64,000 nucleotides of DNA from Octopus vulgaris (Eukaryota): contig OX597827.1 in NCBI GenBank assembly GCA_951406725.2, forward strand, positions 73,532,001 to 73,596,000. The letters run 5' to 3'. A model generated the notes under the pieces. That model searched no databases, was not told the origin of the DNA, and saw only the letters and a list, made by a program, of their open reading frames with translations. Below, piece by piece: positions 25,270 through 39,090 of the stretch. The translations under genes and the position numbers were made by a program. Positions within the stretch are counted from its first letter, which is position 1; every line of letters starts with the position of its first letter.

Positions 25270-26712
25270 CATGTATGGATCAAAATAGTTTGATTCAAAT
25301 CTCTTGGTACTCTAGAGTTTCAAGCACGATGTTAGTCGTCAGCCATTTTGGATTTGAATGACAAAAGTTGATTGTAGGGTGGACTGCGATTGGTCGAGGA
25401 AGGTCACACGGTGTCGTGTTTTATTGTTGGTATATGGGTAACAGTAGCTGGAAAATACCGCAAGGTGAACAGGAAATTGACCACTTGGAGGTCAAGAAAT
25501 AGACTAGAAGTCAGTCAGGTTGTTGGCGGTTAGTAAGAAGTGGCGGCATGTGCAAGTATATAGTTCTATAAGTTGGGGTGTTGAAGCGTTCATATAGTTT
25601 TGTGTACACGTGTATATTGATGCGTGAGAGCACATTTGTACATAGGCGCACTCGCGCACATTTGCACACACACACATACAAGCGCATGCTTAAACGAACA
25701 CATATGCACATACCCACGCATACGTACACACACATCTAACCGCACGCATCATCAGACGTAAAAATGCACCCTCACCTCCCCCAACATGCTATTTCCGAAA
25801 CCCTATCACGTTCCCCGCCCCCGAAGGATTTTCTGTCTCAAGGGCCGTAGTATACAGAGCCACTCTTACTCCATCCGACGGCCTTACTAGTCACTATACG
25901 GGTATGACAGCTACTGACGTATATGCACTCGTTCAGATTCAGGGACAGTGGGAACTCTACTTCTCCGTCTCTTTTTCTCTGGAGACTCCGTGATCTCCGA
26001 GATGAAATACCCAGCATTAATGCGACTAGCCCCACGATATTCACCCGGCGCCCCTATTAGCCAGCTCTGCCTCTGTAAAAACCTGCATATCCTCCAAGAA
26101 CCCTCAGTATCTATCAAGAAAGAAATACGATTCATCGTATTGTTGTCCCCAGAGATATTCATTTCTGGTAAATTTCAGCCCTCTGACAGCCGACAACCTG
26201 GATATACCACGTTACCAACAACTGCTACCTTGTATCGCCTGTATCAAGGTCACTATTACAAATCAACCCTATGAGCAGGGCAGCCATTTACAAATTCCCA
26301 ACTTTTGCCAGCTCTCACCACATTCCAACCCCAATACTTATCAATTCCCAGTGCTTTCCAATCTCCGACGCTTGTTTTACGTCTATATATGACGCATCTA
26401 CATGAGCGCATCTACACACTACATGGAGAACTATAGACTTGTGCATGCCCCTGCTTCCTACTCCCGGTCAACAACGTGTCCGACTTCTAGTCTATTTCCT
26501 GCCCTCCACATGGTCAATTTCCTGTTCGCCAAGTCGTATTTTCCAGCTAACTGTTACACATTGACCAATATCAAATCACGACACTAATTGCAGCCCACCT
26601 CACGGTAATGACGATCGACTTGTCATTCAAATTCAAAATGGCTGACGACTGGTAACGTGCTTGAAACTCAAGATTGTCAACGAATTTTATCAAACTATTT
26701 TAATCCATACAT
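25270..26712 (-). mobile_element. Decayed Penelope-like element bounded by inverted hammerhead-containing repeats
   Basis: 25270-25395 and 26585-26712 are inverted copies. On the - strand, 25305-25345 reads TGG-CTGACGA...GAAAC-TCTAGA-GT-A-CCA, with a palindromic stem III and degenerate stem II. A weak SYI-like GIY-YIG remnant lies near 26370-26400. Confidence 0.5.
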
Positions 26713-26714
26713 AT

Positions 26715-26754
<40 letters not shown>

Positions 26755-26755
<1 letters not shown>

Positions 26756-27650
26756 GCAGAGGCATCCGTCGTTGCCTGGGAATAAAATTGTTCCTAATAT
26801 ATCGGAATAATAAGAGCTTCTAGGTAAACAACATTCTTTGTTTTCTGGTTTAGAGAATAGACAAATAAGTCTTGCAAACTACCTAAACTGGAGCAAATTT
26901 CGCCATAAGAATTTGACTATAACAAAATCAAGCCAGTAGATTTGAAATACTAACCTTGAACTGTATTAACAGACATTGCAAAGGGAAGTCGCACTGGGAA
27001 TTGTGTTCGTTTGAACTCAAAGGGCATATCTGTTGGTTTGATTGAAATTCTTGGAACGAAAACCTCTTCTTCAGAGGCACATCCAGTGATGATGGTAGCT
27101 TCTGTCACATTAGGTGACAATGTCTTGACAATCAACCCTGTCCCATTGCATAATTTAGGAGGATCTAAATTTCCTAGAAGCATTATTGGGACTCCTACCT
27201 TTAGAAAATGTTTATGTGGAGGAATTCCAGGTGGCTCAAGAGAATTAAGGAACTCTGTTGGGTAATGGACAGCTTGATTTTCATCAAGGACTGAAGTAAC
27301 TGATTTGTATTTCTCCCATAAATTTATTGTTGCCTCTGATGTCCTGTAAGGTGTTACCAAGAGCTTCCATTTCACCTCTATGTGACATGGTGCGTTCACC
27401 CTAAATGATATGGTGGCATCGGCACAACACTTCTGCTGAACCTGAATCTTTGCATATGTTACAAATTAGACTGTCAGTTGTCACGAGGTTTATTGGTAAT
27501 TTAAAAGCAGAATGAGCTGTTCGTCCACCTGTGAGAATGGTGGCAGCAAAGCCAGACAATGGTTCATCAACTGCAAATTTTTTTTGCCTTACTTTGGGGA
27601 GAAGTAATGTTTCAAAACTTTTTATGTGTGTCACCAGGAGCATCAAGAAA
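26755..27650 (-). mobile_element. Second Helitron fragment (PIF1-like helicase)
   Basis: SGFAATILTGGRTAHSAFKLP; [42 protein letters not shown]...[17 protein letters not shown]. Confidence 0.88.
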
Positions 27651-27929
27651 GAAAATTCCCCGGCTTTTTTCTGACGGTTGTAGAACCCTGCCCGCACACA
27701 CAAACACACATACACAAAGATACATATACATACAGTATCAAACCACAAAGAAAATAGATGTGTGTGTGTGAGAAAGAGAGAGAGTGAGGGGTATATTGTC
27801 ATATATACATACATACGTAAATAATAGTCGTACATCTTTCTTGTATCTATGTGTGAGAGAGAGAGAGTGCCACTTAGACATCACTCTTCCTCACACACAC
27901 ACGCTCACATACTTACATACAGAAAGATG

Positions 27930-28635
27930 TGTCCGCTTGACGATTGTCCTGATGAAACAAAATAACTTTCCTCAGATTTCTTTAGCGCTTAGTCTTCATA
28001 CATTTTCGTGACTGCCTCAGCAACTTGGCATAGTACCCGCCATTTATGTGTCAGCCACTTCAAAAATAGTCAATAAATACAATACCTTTGCATCCTGAAA
28101 ACCTGAAACCATCACCTTGCTGCATGTGTAACGACCTAGGCCACCTTTGAAGCAGAGGAGGTGGGGTGTTTCTCCTCCATCTATTGTCTTTTTGACTGTC
28201 TCAAAGTGATAAACCCAAAACTCATCTCGGCTTAGGAAATATTCAAGGAAACTAGCTAAAACTGCCTCAAACAATGTCAGATTTTCTTTGATGTTATACG
28301 ACTGGTGCGCTTTTCATCAGGTGTCAATAGAAGTGCCACCCACCACGCAGAAACATTCGTCATGACAAGTTCATCATGTTTATTGTACAAAGTGTTTTCA
28401 TGTCTCTCTCTCAAGGTATTTGATAACAGCACAGTGTCAAATTTTGTCCATTTTCAAGAGAAGTCGCTATTAGTAATATTTGAAGTCGTCTTTGAACAGT
28501 CAGATTTCAGTTTACCTGGAAGGAAACAATACAGATATTAAGAAGTAGAGTTGATATTTAATGCATGCAAGATTACACAGCTCTAGCATCACTCCTTCAT
28601 AGTCGTCCTATGAATCTTTCAGCCCACCCTCGTAT
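27930..28635 (-). mobile_element. Decayed mariner-family transposon fragment
   Basis: DEFWVYHFE..., KVMVSGFQDAK and an AWWV-like (WVPR) region are present. A TIR-like tcagcccaccctcgta lies at the right end. Confidence 0.6.
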
Positions 28636-28906
28636 ATCTAAAATATCTCCACTGTAAAATTTTCATCTCAAAGCTAGTTGGAATTAAACAACATAAAACA
28701 GTCTGAAATTTTTATCAATGTCTGTTTGCTGTACCACGTAGAGAGGAGTGGATGTTCCTGTGTATTCATTCACGCACATTCATACGTTACTACACACATT
28801 AATGATGCACAAGGCAAATAACCACAGATACAGACACAGAAGTATACACCACCTTGTTAAAGATAATTTCCTTGTTTTCAATTACATTTATCTCTCTATA
28901 TGTCTT

Positions 28907-28985
<79 letters not shown>

Positions 28986-29054
28986 GTCTGTACTTATGTA
29001 CATATACGTATATATATTTTTGATTCTTTTCAACTCATTGTGTTATCAATGTAA

Positions 29055-29350
29055 AGGCGTGTGGCTTAGTGGTTAGGGTATTCGGCTAACGATCGTAAAG
29101 TCGTGAGTTCAATTCCCGGCGACTAATTTCACATTGCCCCAAGTCCTTTCAGCTGAAAGAATGAGTTGTATCTGTATTTCAAAGGGCCAGCCTCGTTACA
29201 CCCTGCGTCACGCTGAATCTCCCTAATAACTACGTTAAGCGTACAGATGTTTGTGGAGTACTCAGCCACTTGAACGATAATTTCACGAGCAGGCTCTTCC
29301 GTTGATCAAATCAACTGAAACCCTCGTAGCCGTAACCGGCGGAGTGCCAG
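29055..29350 (+). mobile_element. tRNA-derived SINE
   Basis: ggcgtgtggcttagtggttaggg (A box) and gtgagttcaattccc (B box), followed by a non-tRNA body. Confidence 0.7.
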
Positions 29351-29487
29351 TACATATTGTGTTACCGATTATTTAATTAGACAAATTATTAAAATGGTAA
29401 ACTCTTCGCTTGATGATCTTTCTTTTCAAATTATTCTCAATATAAATAACATCTGATTCCAATTTTACTCTTATATTTTGGTTCTAG

Positions 29488-29670
29488 GTGACAGGCTGAA
29501 AGGATTTAAAGTTTCTGTTGGATCATCACTTTGTTTCCAAAGTTACTATAATGAATACAATAAAGAAGTAATTCATGTTAAATGTAGAAATCCACTCAAT
29601 TCAAGTTATGTCAGGATATCGTTAAATGGAGATCGGAGAATGCTTACTCTTTGTGAAGTGGAAGTGTTAC
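29488..29670 (+). CDS. Host gene exon: F-type lectin domain, C-terminal half
   Basis: Acceptor ttctag| and donor |gtaagt, phase 1-1. Translates (R)DRLKGFKVSVGSSLCFQS...VKCRNPLNSSYVRISLNGDRRMLTLCEVEVL. Confidence 0.9.
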
Positions 29671-30600
29671 GTAAGTTATGTTTATTTGTTATTTCACTTG
29701 GTAAATATTGATTTATGAAAATGTTAAGGAGCTATCGATTTTGAGATAAAGTACAACCGTTTATCTTGACTTCCATAGTGGACTGATAACTATGTTATCG
29801 ATCCTGAATGTTTAATAAGGTAAAATGTATTGAGCGGGGTTTGAACTCCGAACATAAATGAACATACTAATTACCATTAGACGGTTGGTTCGGTTTTGAA
29901 ATCTTTCTGCTTCCCCACCTCTTTGTCCCTCCCCCGCTGTAGTTTTCCTAAATAGTAACGCTTTAGTGATACGATTTCAATTCACTATTACAGGCTAAGC
30001 AAACACTTGTCAAATATACTGGCATACTGCTTACCTACAGTCAAGAACTCTATATCCAATGAACAAAGTTATTCTGTAGGCCATACAATTTCCGACTGCT
30101 GTTGACTGGAGTCTTCATAAAGCTAATTAAGATTGATATACCAAATATTTCAATGGTGTACTTTATGAACTAAATATATATATAATTTTATATACCAGTA
30201 CACTCTCGCCAACTTATCTTATTTCATTTTACACGATTCGATAAGATAATGTGTTTTGAAACATTCGACTTGTGCATGGTTATGTCCATTTTTGAGGTTA
30301 CTAAAATATTACTCCTTATTTCTTCTTTCAAGCCCTAAAACTTTTGTGGGAGGAGTCAAGTCGATTACATCGAACCAAGTGCTTGACTGGTACTTATCTT
30401 ATCAAGCCTGAAATGTAAAAATCGACTTCGCCGGAAATTGAACCCAGAACGTAAAGACGGATGATATGCCACTAATAATAAAATTTAAACCATATTCATT
30501 CTATAAAATATCATTACAACTGAATATTTATGTGCTAACGCTCGTGAAATACTTACAGCAACCGTGATATTTTCTTTTTGAATCATTTTTGTTATTGCAG

Positions 30601-30744
30601 AATGTGTTCCTGGATTCTATGGAGATATGTGTATGGAACGTTGTGAACTCTGTGAAGGCGCTAAATGTGATCAATTCACGGGACGCTGTGAGGAAGGTTG
30701 CATCATAGGATATTACGTGCCCTATGGTTCCCAGAAGTGCAAAG
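30601..30744 (+). CDS. Host gene exon: EGF-like module 1
   Basis: ttgcag|...|gttaga, 144 bp, phase 1-1. QCVPGFYGDMCMERCELCEGAKCDQFTGRCEEGCIIGYYVPYGSQKCK. Confidence 0.85.
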
Positions 30745-32504
30745 GTTAGATAAACTTTTAATCTCCTGCTCAATAATATTACTGAGGGATTATTAGTTTT
30801 CATTGTAAATCTTTCTTATATCAGTTTCTAGAAATATCCATATCCGTAATAACCTTTGAATATTAACATTATCAACCTTATATGATCTGGTATGATCATT
30901 ATTTAATATTCTGTTTGGAAAATCTATGGGACTTAATCTGTCTCATTAACTCGATTACTTTCTACTATTACCGCCGAGATATTAATTTTTATGCGGAAAT
31001 ATATTAGAAATCTTACGACTGTTTATGGCACAGATTGCTTTCCCTGTAATATCTTTCTTCTCTTCATCTGTGTCTTTCCTTATTTTAACATTTCGGTCTC
31101 AATTGTTGTTTCTCAGTTTTTCTGTTCAGTTTACAAATATACAATTTACTCTTAGTTTCAAATATATATTGTTCTTAATATTCCCAGCAAAGGCAGACTC
31201 TCTAGAATCTTTGTTATGCCGAAATTAAAGATGACCAAAGTAAATCAGAACTCTGCACTATGTAAAAAGCCATTTTCTACTTGCATTGTCGCAATAAACA
31301 CGCTATAGGCTCTACTTTTAATGAATGTTTACCGCTAGAATATATTGATCAATGTCTCCTGTCCTCTAATCATCATCACATCTGTGCTCCAAGCATCAAA
31401 CTGAACGTGAACCAAAATGGGTAGTGTCCCTACATGGTCCCTCGACATGATGGAAATACCAGCAAAATAATCAGAGAAGTATACCTCACCTCCTTAAAAG
31501 GAGACTGGAATAATGTGTGTTGTAACAGTACATAGAGTATTTCTGAAAAACAAAAAACCGGGATGTTCATCTTACAATTAACTTTAATTATCTGGATACA
31601 TACATATTTCTAATTAATAAAATGGGAGCAGAAGCCGTCTTTTCATCAAAAAACCCAAAACTTAGTCGTCACCGATCAAATCAAATGATCACTACCTAAT
31701 CATAGCAATTCAGGATGCGAGATAGCTGAACAAATGCTAGTGTACTTGGAGCAGTTCCGAAAGCAGTGGCGCCACAGATACAGAAAAATTAACTTCGAGG
31801 AAGGAATAAGTGCCAGCTCTGGCTGAAAAATAAACAGTTCCAGCGGAAAACATTTAAATGTTTGTATAATCCGCTAGAAATAGCAGTGAATCTTCCCTTA
31901 CACTCCACACTATTGTCTGAAATAACAAATGGATAGATTAGATAATATAAAACTAGGTACACAATATATAAAGAAAAACTGGATGGCCACATGAGTAATA
32001 CCTCTGATGATATATCCGTTCCAACAGGGCCACTCTGAGGGATAAACTACAACTGGGATGAACATTTTGTTTTGTTTTTCTTACTCAAACCTGCTGATTA
32101 CTGAATATCATTATCTGCCTATTTTCTAGTTGTTCTAGAGCAGGTCACTCACCACAACTACTCCTTTCAAAGAAAATCTCCAGGCTTTAAGAGACCGCTA
32201 CTCACCCATTCATAATCAAGGCAGCCTAGTTATAAGCACTGTTACACAGAGGCTCAACATACTTTATTCATTCAATTTTAATTTCTGCTCTTCACCCACT
32301 CAACACAACTCCACCAAAGTCTCATTACCTATGTCATCAGTTTTACCATCTCAGTGCGCAATTGTCAAATATGAAAACTTTCTGACACTCAAACCCAACA
32401 AAATCTATCTCTTCCGACGACAATGTTTTCCCATGTTTTGCTCAAGAACACAACGCCTTAAGCACTAAGTCACGCGCCTCCACATAGTTCTATATAAATA
32501 TGTG

Positions 32505-32595
<91 letters not shown>

Positions 32596-32619
32596 TTATA
32601 TATATATTTTTCTGTAGTT

Positions 32620-33955
32620 TCAGCTCAGAGCTACGGCCATGCTGATGCACCGCTGTTTTGCTACACTGTTATTACTAGAGTCTCCTTCAAAATGTGACAC
32701 TTGGTGAAGAATGGCGTTTGATGTAGGTACCTTCATTTGCCCCTTTTGCTGTGAGGTAGGTTCATCTAGGAATCTTGACAGGAAGAAGACCAGCTTTGAA
32801 TTAAAAACGCCTACATCTACATTGTACAGGTTCCTCAGGCTCTTTGGGAGAATATTAAAATGCTGTGGGCCCCTGAACCCCAGGCTGTTGCAGTAACTGG
32901 TCCTGAAGCGCGATGGTGTTGCTGGGATCTTTGGCACTATGCAGTTTCGTTGGCATTGGTGTAGCTTTCAATGCCAACATTTGGCCAATTCTTTCCAGGA
33001 TCTTCCAGATGTATATTGCTGCATAAGCCTCTCGCCTTCTCTCCGGGGAGTAGAATCTTATCTGTTTCAGCCTTTCCCAGTAGCTGATCAGTTGCAAAAA
33101 GACGATCTTCTTTCTGAATCTTCTCTGGATTGCTCTAAGGTCCGCTGATAATTTCATACTGGTAATTTCATACTGCTGGGAGCAGTAATCCAGGTGGCTG
33201 AGGACGAATGTCCTCCAGAGAACCAACATCGTTCCTTATCTCTGATTCTGAATGTTCTCAGGATCCATCCAGCCAGTCGTCTGCACTTTGTTTCCATCCT
33301 GGAAACGTGCAATTGGAAAGAGATATCATCACTCATGTTGATCCCCAGGTCCCTCACTGATTTAGGCTCTAGGATTGAAATTTGTTGTGGACCAGTGTAA
33401 CCTATAAGTTTTATATTCAGTTTTCGACGCGGGTAGCGCAGGGTTTGGAAAGTTTCAGCATTAAACTGCATATTATTATTGTCAGTCCATCTGTATATTG
33501 AGTCCAACATCTGCTGCAGATGTACAACATCGCTGTGGTTCTGTATTTTCTGCGAGACTTGTGTATCGTTTGCGTATCTTGCTAGGGTGACTATCCGGAC
33601 ATATTAGGGCATATTTGAGAATGCCACTATAGAAAGCAGTGGTCCCAAGACAGTGCCCTATGGAACACCACTCAGAGTTTGTTTTTCATAGAGGTGGCTC
33701 CATGAGCCACAACGTTCTGACCTCTATATTTCAGAAAGTCCTGTAACTATTCTGCAAGTTTTCCAGCTATGCCGAGATCACGCAGTCTGCTGCATATCAT
33801 ACCATGATCCACTTTGTCAAAAGCTTTTGCAAAATCAGGGTATATTACATCCACATTTGATTTGTCGAGTAACTGCTTCAACACCCAGTCATAAGGCTGT
33901 AAGAGCTGGCTGGGTCAGGCAGCTCCTACCTGGTCGAAAGCCATGCTGGGTATCA
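32620..33955 (-). mobile_element. Second, decayed CR1-like LINE copy (RT to 3' UTR)
   Basis: Frameshifted DFAKAFDKVDHGMIC, ISYWERLKQIRFYSPERRRE and CNSLGFRGPQ. Collinear with 6900-7900. Confidence 0.85.
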
Positions 33956-34155
33956 CTCAACTAGGACAGAGTGAAGTGAAAAGTGGAGGGAAATGAGCAA
34001 GGAGAGAAGGCAAAGAAATGTGAGAGAGGGGGAACGAAAGAACGAAGAGTGGAATGAACAAATAAGCGTAAAAGGGCTGATAGACAGAAATAGAGTCGTG
34101 CAAGATTTAGAAAACTGTATACTTACATAAAGGAGACTAAAGAGTGCGTACGGCG

Positions 34156-34209
<54 letters not shown>

Positions 34210-34399
34210 CAAAATGGGACAAGAACGCAAAACATCCAGACAGTCAGGTGATACAAAAAAGGGAGAACAAAAAATTCATATAGACGATACAAAGAAAACA
34301 AGAATGGGTCATTCGGATTACTTATTTTATATATATCTATATGTATAAATAAATATGTATATGTATGAATATATACATATATATATATATATATATGTG

Positions 34400-34438
<39 letters not shown>

Positions 34439-34920
34439 GTGTGTGTGTACCAAATCCACCAACAAGGCTTTGGTCAGCCCGACGCTATAATAGAAGACAT
34501 ATGCACAACGTGACATGCAGTGGGATTGAAACCGGATCCATATAGTTGGAAAGCAAGCTTCTTACCAAACTATCATTCATTAATAACTCTATCACCACTG
34601 AACACCATTTGTGATATAGGGAGACGACGTATGCAAAAGATCCTGAAGGAAGTCGTTTGTCTTCTCGTGATTCTCTATAATTATCTATATTTGATATTTC
34701 ATCGAATTTTATTTTACGCGAATACTTTCATCTCATTCTCTGTGGTTACATTCCATTGATCCACGTTGAAATACAATGAGGAATCAAGTATATACTCATC
34801 TCTATCTAGTGTCTGTAATGCTAAAAGAAATAACAATATCTAGCATATTAAGTCATCTATACTATGTCATAAAACTCTTATAATAGCAATTTATGGCTAA
34901 CATGGTTTTTATTATTTCAG

Positions 34921-35049
34921 AATGTCTCAGCGGTAAATTTGGTCGTAATTGCACAAAGTCCTGTCATTGTTCCGAAACATGTAACCACACCAATGGATTA
35001 TGTCCAGGAGTGTGTGATGCAGGATACACCGGGTACAACTGCCAAGAAG
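34921..35049 (+). CDS. Host gene exon: EGF-like module, type A
   Basis: tttcag|...|gttatt, 129 bp. ECLSGKFGRNCTKSCHCSETCNHTNGLCPGVCDAGYTGYNCQE. Confidence 0.88.
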
Positions 35050-35310
35050 GTTATTTCCAATACTTTTTATTCCAATATTTTAAAATTCTCTACATTTGAT
35101 TTAGTGTTTCTTAGCATAAATCAACTTTCTTATTTATCATCAAAAACTACTTCAATATTAACTCATAAGTTATGTTTTAAGATAAGATAATAAAAAAGCG
35201 TATCATTGATGTCTCACATATATTTGTAGAAGAGAACTCTTACAGCCATAACTTTTATTGTGTGGAGCTAATAATATCTAATCTATTGTGTTTTGTATTA
35301 ATATTTTCAG

Positions 35311-35445
35311 AATGTGAAGCTGGTAGATTTGGTAAGAATTGTGGAAGGACATGTCATTGTATCGACGACGAAAACTGCGACAGAATAACTGGAAAATGCT
35401 CAGACGGATGTTCTGCTGGATATAGAGGATCCTCTTGTCAACAAA
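35311..35445 (+). CDS. Host gene exon: EGF-like module, type B
   Basis: ttttcag|...|gtatga, 135 bp. ECEAGRFGKNCGRTCHCIDDENCDRITGKCSDGCSAGYRGSSCQQ. Confidence 0.88.
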
Positions 35446-35735
35446 GTATGATATGAAATTATAATACATTTCATAAAATTATGTTTAAATCTCTGCATCT
35501 GATTCTTATTTTATCTTTCCTTTCATTTAATTAACGTGGTAATGGAGACGCAGACTAACCAGTTTATTTTCCAAACTTACATTCATTAAATACTTCGTGA
35601 ATTCATATCGAGATATATTGAGATATATGGGTTCTATGCGCTTGTATGTATGCTATATATATGTATGGATATGTATTTGTACATATACATGTATATGTAT
35701 TTATGCATATACATACATATATATATATATATAGA

Positions 35736-35806
<71 letters not shown>

Positions 35807-35844
35807 GTGTGTGTGTGTATAAATGTATATATATATATATATAT

Positions 35845-36193
35845 ATTGATAAAACGGTAAGATAACAAAAGAAAGAAAGAGACCTCAATATTATGTAAAT
35901 AGAGGAAATTTATCTATACAATATGTTACATTACTCGGTAGTCAAGATAAAACTCTGAGTTTCAGATGCCGAAGTGGAAATCCACAACACCATCTCATCG
36001 GTTATCTGGCTATTTGAAAACGTTATGAAAAAAATTTTATGAAAAAATATATGAAAAAATATTTAACGGTATATTTTTTCATAGCGTTTTCAAATAGCCA
36101 GATAACCGATGAGATGGTGTTGTGGATTTCCACTTCGGCATCTGAAACTCAGAGTTTTATCTTGACTACCGAGTAATGTAACATATTGTATAG

Positions 36194-36196
<3 letters not shown>
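35845..36196. mobile_element. Foldback of a hammerhead-like repeat end inserted in (TA)n
   Basis: 35911-36032 and 36074-36196 are near-perfect reverse complements. On +, 36100-36162 reads AGATAA-CCGATGA-GATG...CATC-T-GAAACTC-A-GAGT-T-TTATCT. Confidence 0.75.
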
Positions 36197-36225
<29 letters not shown>

Positions 36226-36359
36226 TTATGCTTATATATATATGTCTCTCTATATATATACATGTAAATATATATATATCTATGTGTGTATGTATATAAT
36301 ATGTACATACATACGTATCAGTGTAATACACACATATATATAGCTCACACACACATGTA

Positions 36360-37566
36360 ACTTTTAAACAAATTATCTTAATATGGGGTAGGACCGCCTT
36401 TGGCAGTAATTACACCTTCAATTCTACAAGGTATGGACTCGCACAAACTTTGAATTGTTTCCAAAGGAATCTTTGTCCATTCTTCAACAAAAACAATCTC
36501 CATTTCTTGTAGTTTTGATATCGATATGGTCGAGGGTATCGGCTCTTTACTTGTTTTCATAAATGCACAATAAATGCTCAATAATATTGAGATCTGGTGA
36601 CACTGGTAACCCGATGAACTTCACTTCACTAGAATGATATTCCTGCCATTCAGTAACAACTTTAGCTGTGTGAATTGGTGCATCATCATCCTGAAAGATT
36701 GCGTTTCTCTCAGGAAACAGTTCCGCAACCATAGGATGAATTTGATTAGATAAAATGCTTAAATAGCCTTTACCATTAATTCTGCCATGAAGGGAAACAA
36801 TTAGGCCGGGGAATTTCCAAGATATATCCCTAACCCAGATCATCACAGATTTTGCTCCATATTCAACAGTTGGAAGAAGGCGGTCTGGATCAAATGGTTC
36901 TTGCTTCTTTTGGATCTCTCCACACGTTAACTCGACCGGTGGTCGGAAATAGGGTGAAGAATGCTCTAGGACCAATTCTGTTGTTTTTTACTCCACCCTA
37001 AAAAAATTGCGACGTTTGATTTTCAAAGTAGTGGTTTTCTGAATAAGCACTCCCGTAAAATCTGGCTTTGTGCAGCTCTCGGGAAACAGTTTTTGTGGAA
37101 ACAGGATTCCCAATGTAGTTCTTCAGCTCTGCAAGAGTTTTGGGAACTGTACTTTTGTGATCCATTCTAACAATTCGCGTAGGAGTCCCTATCTGAAAGT
37201 TTTGGTTCTCTTCCGGAGTTTTGTTTCGAAGAGGAGGTTTTTCCCACTTTCTCAAAGGCTGCATTACTTTCAGGACAGTACTTCTTGATAAACCAAACAT
37301 TTCGGCTGTTTTTGTTATGCTAGCACCTGTCATATGAGCACCAACAATTCGACCTCTTTGAAAGTCCAATAGATGTGTTATTTTAATAGATTTTAATTAC
37401 CTTTTTCTAATGATAACTGAAAAGAAACAGCAATTTTAGCAAGACATATTATGCGACAATAATAAATCAGAAAATATATAAAAATAATTTTTTGATGGTT
37501 TTTATAGCTATTTCAAAATTTTGATGCTATAATAGTAGGCGTTTCCATTATTTTGTCCAACCTCTG
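36360..37566 (-). mobile_element. Tc1-like transposon copy 1 (frameshifted, left TIR lost)
   Basis: DFQRGRIVGAHMTGASITKTAEMFG, FQDDDAPIHTAK and SPDLNIIEHL. The TIR gtttccattattttgtccaacctctg|ta is at the right end. Confidence 0.88.
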
Positions 37567-38152
37567 TATATATTCATCATAGATATAAGGTAGATGAGAA
37601 TACTTGAAGAAGACATACAGAAATCGATTGAACTAAAGGATAGGCTATAATATCCATGTTAAAAACGTCATTTCAATGAGATTAGGTATCATTAACAATC
37701 ATCATCACCAGTGTACATCCGTTCTGTATGTTGGTAGCCGTTTGTGCGGTTCTAGGTGTCCCAACCCGGATCCATATGGGTAGGAATCAAGCTTCTTACC
37801 AAACTTTCATTCATTAATATCTCTATCACCATTGAACACCATTTCTGATATAGGGAGGGGACGTATGCAAAAGTTGCGGAAGGAAGTCGTTTGGCTGCTT
37901 GTGATTCTTTATAATTATCTATATTTGATATTTCATCGGATTTTATTTTACGCGAATACTTTCATCTTATTATCTATAGTGACATTTCATTGATCCACGT
38001 TGAAATACAATGAAGAATCAAGTATATACACATTTCTATCTAGTGTATGTAATGCTAAAACAAATAACAATATCTAGCATATTAAGTCATCCATACTATA
38101 TCATAAAACTCTTATAATAGCAATTCATGGCTAATGTCTTTTTTTATCTCAG

Positions 38153-38281
38153 AATGTCGCAATGGTAAATTTGGTCCCGAATGCACAAAGTCCTGTCATT
38201 GTAACGCAACATGTAACCACATAAATGGATCGTGTTCAGGAGTGTGTGATGCAGGATACACCGGATACAACTGCCAAGAAG
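38153..38281 (+). CDS. Host gene exon: EGF-like module, type A
   Basis: tctcag|...|gttatt, 129 bp. KCRNGKFGPECTKSCHCNATCNHINGSCSGVCDAGYTGYNCQE. Confidence 0.88.
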
Positions 38282-38545
38282 GTTATTTCCAATACTTTTT
38301 ATTCCAACATTTTAAAATTCTTTAGTGTTAAGTGTTTAGTGTTTCTTAGCGTAAATCAACTTTCCTATTTATCATCAAAGACTACTTCAATGTTAACTCA
38401 TGAGTTATGCTTTAAGATAAGATTATAAAAAAGCGTGTCTTTGATATCTCACATATATTTGTAGAAGAGAGCTCTTACAGCCATAACTTTTATTGTGTTG
38501 AGCTAATAATATCTAATCTATTGTGTTTTGTATTAATATTTTCAG

Positions 38546-38680
38546 AATGTGAAGCTGGTAGATTTGGTAGAAATTGTGGAGGGACATGTCATTGTATCGA
38601 CGACGAAAACTGCAACAGAAAAACTGGAAAATGCCCAAAAGAATGTTCTGCTGGATATAAAGGCTACAATTGTCAACAAA
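38546..38680 (+). CDS. Host gene exon: EGF-like module, type B
   Basis: ttttcag|...|gtatga, 135 bp. ECEAGRFGRNCGGTCHCIDDENCNRKTGKCPKECSAGYKGYNCQQ. Confidence 0.88.
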
Positions 38681-38943
38681 GTATGATATGAAACTATGAT
38701 ACATTTCATAAAATTATGTTTAAATCTCTGCATCTGATTCTTACTTTATGTTTCTGTTTATTTCATGATGAGAACTATACTGGATTATAACCAATATAAT
38801 TTCCAAACTTAGATTCATTAAATGCTTCGTGAATTCATATTGAGATATGTTGGATGCATGCGTTTCTATGTATGTTGAATATATGTATGGATGTATGGAT
38901 GTATGTGTATGTATTTATACATATACATATATATGTATTTACG

Positions 38944-38980
<37 letters not shown>

Positions 38981-39028
38981 AAATACATGTATTTATATAT
39001 CTATATACACACATACCTATGTAACACA

Positions 39029-39069
<41 letters not shown>

Positions 39070-39090
39070 GTGTGTGTGTATACATAAATA

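Noticed and set aside
29055-29125. tRNA gene (also 63100-63172)
   Set aside because: A and B boxes are present, but there is no complete cloverleaf and the sequence continues into a SINE body.
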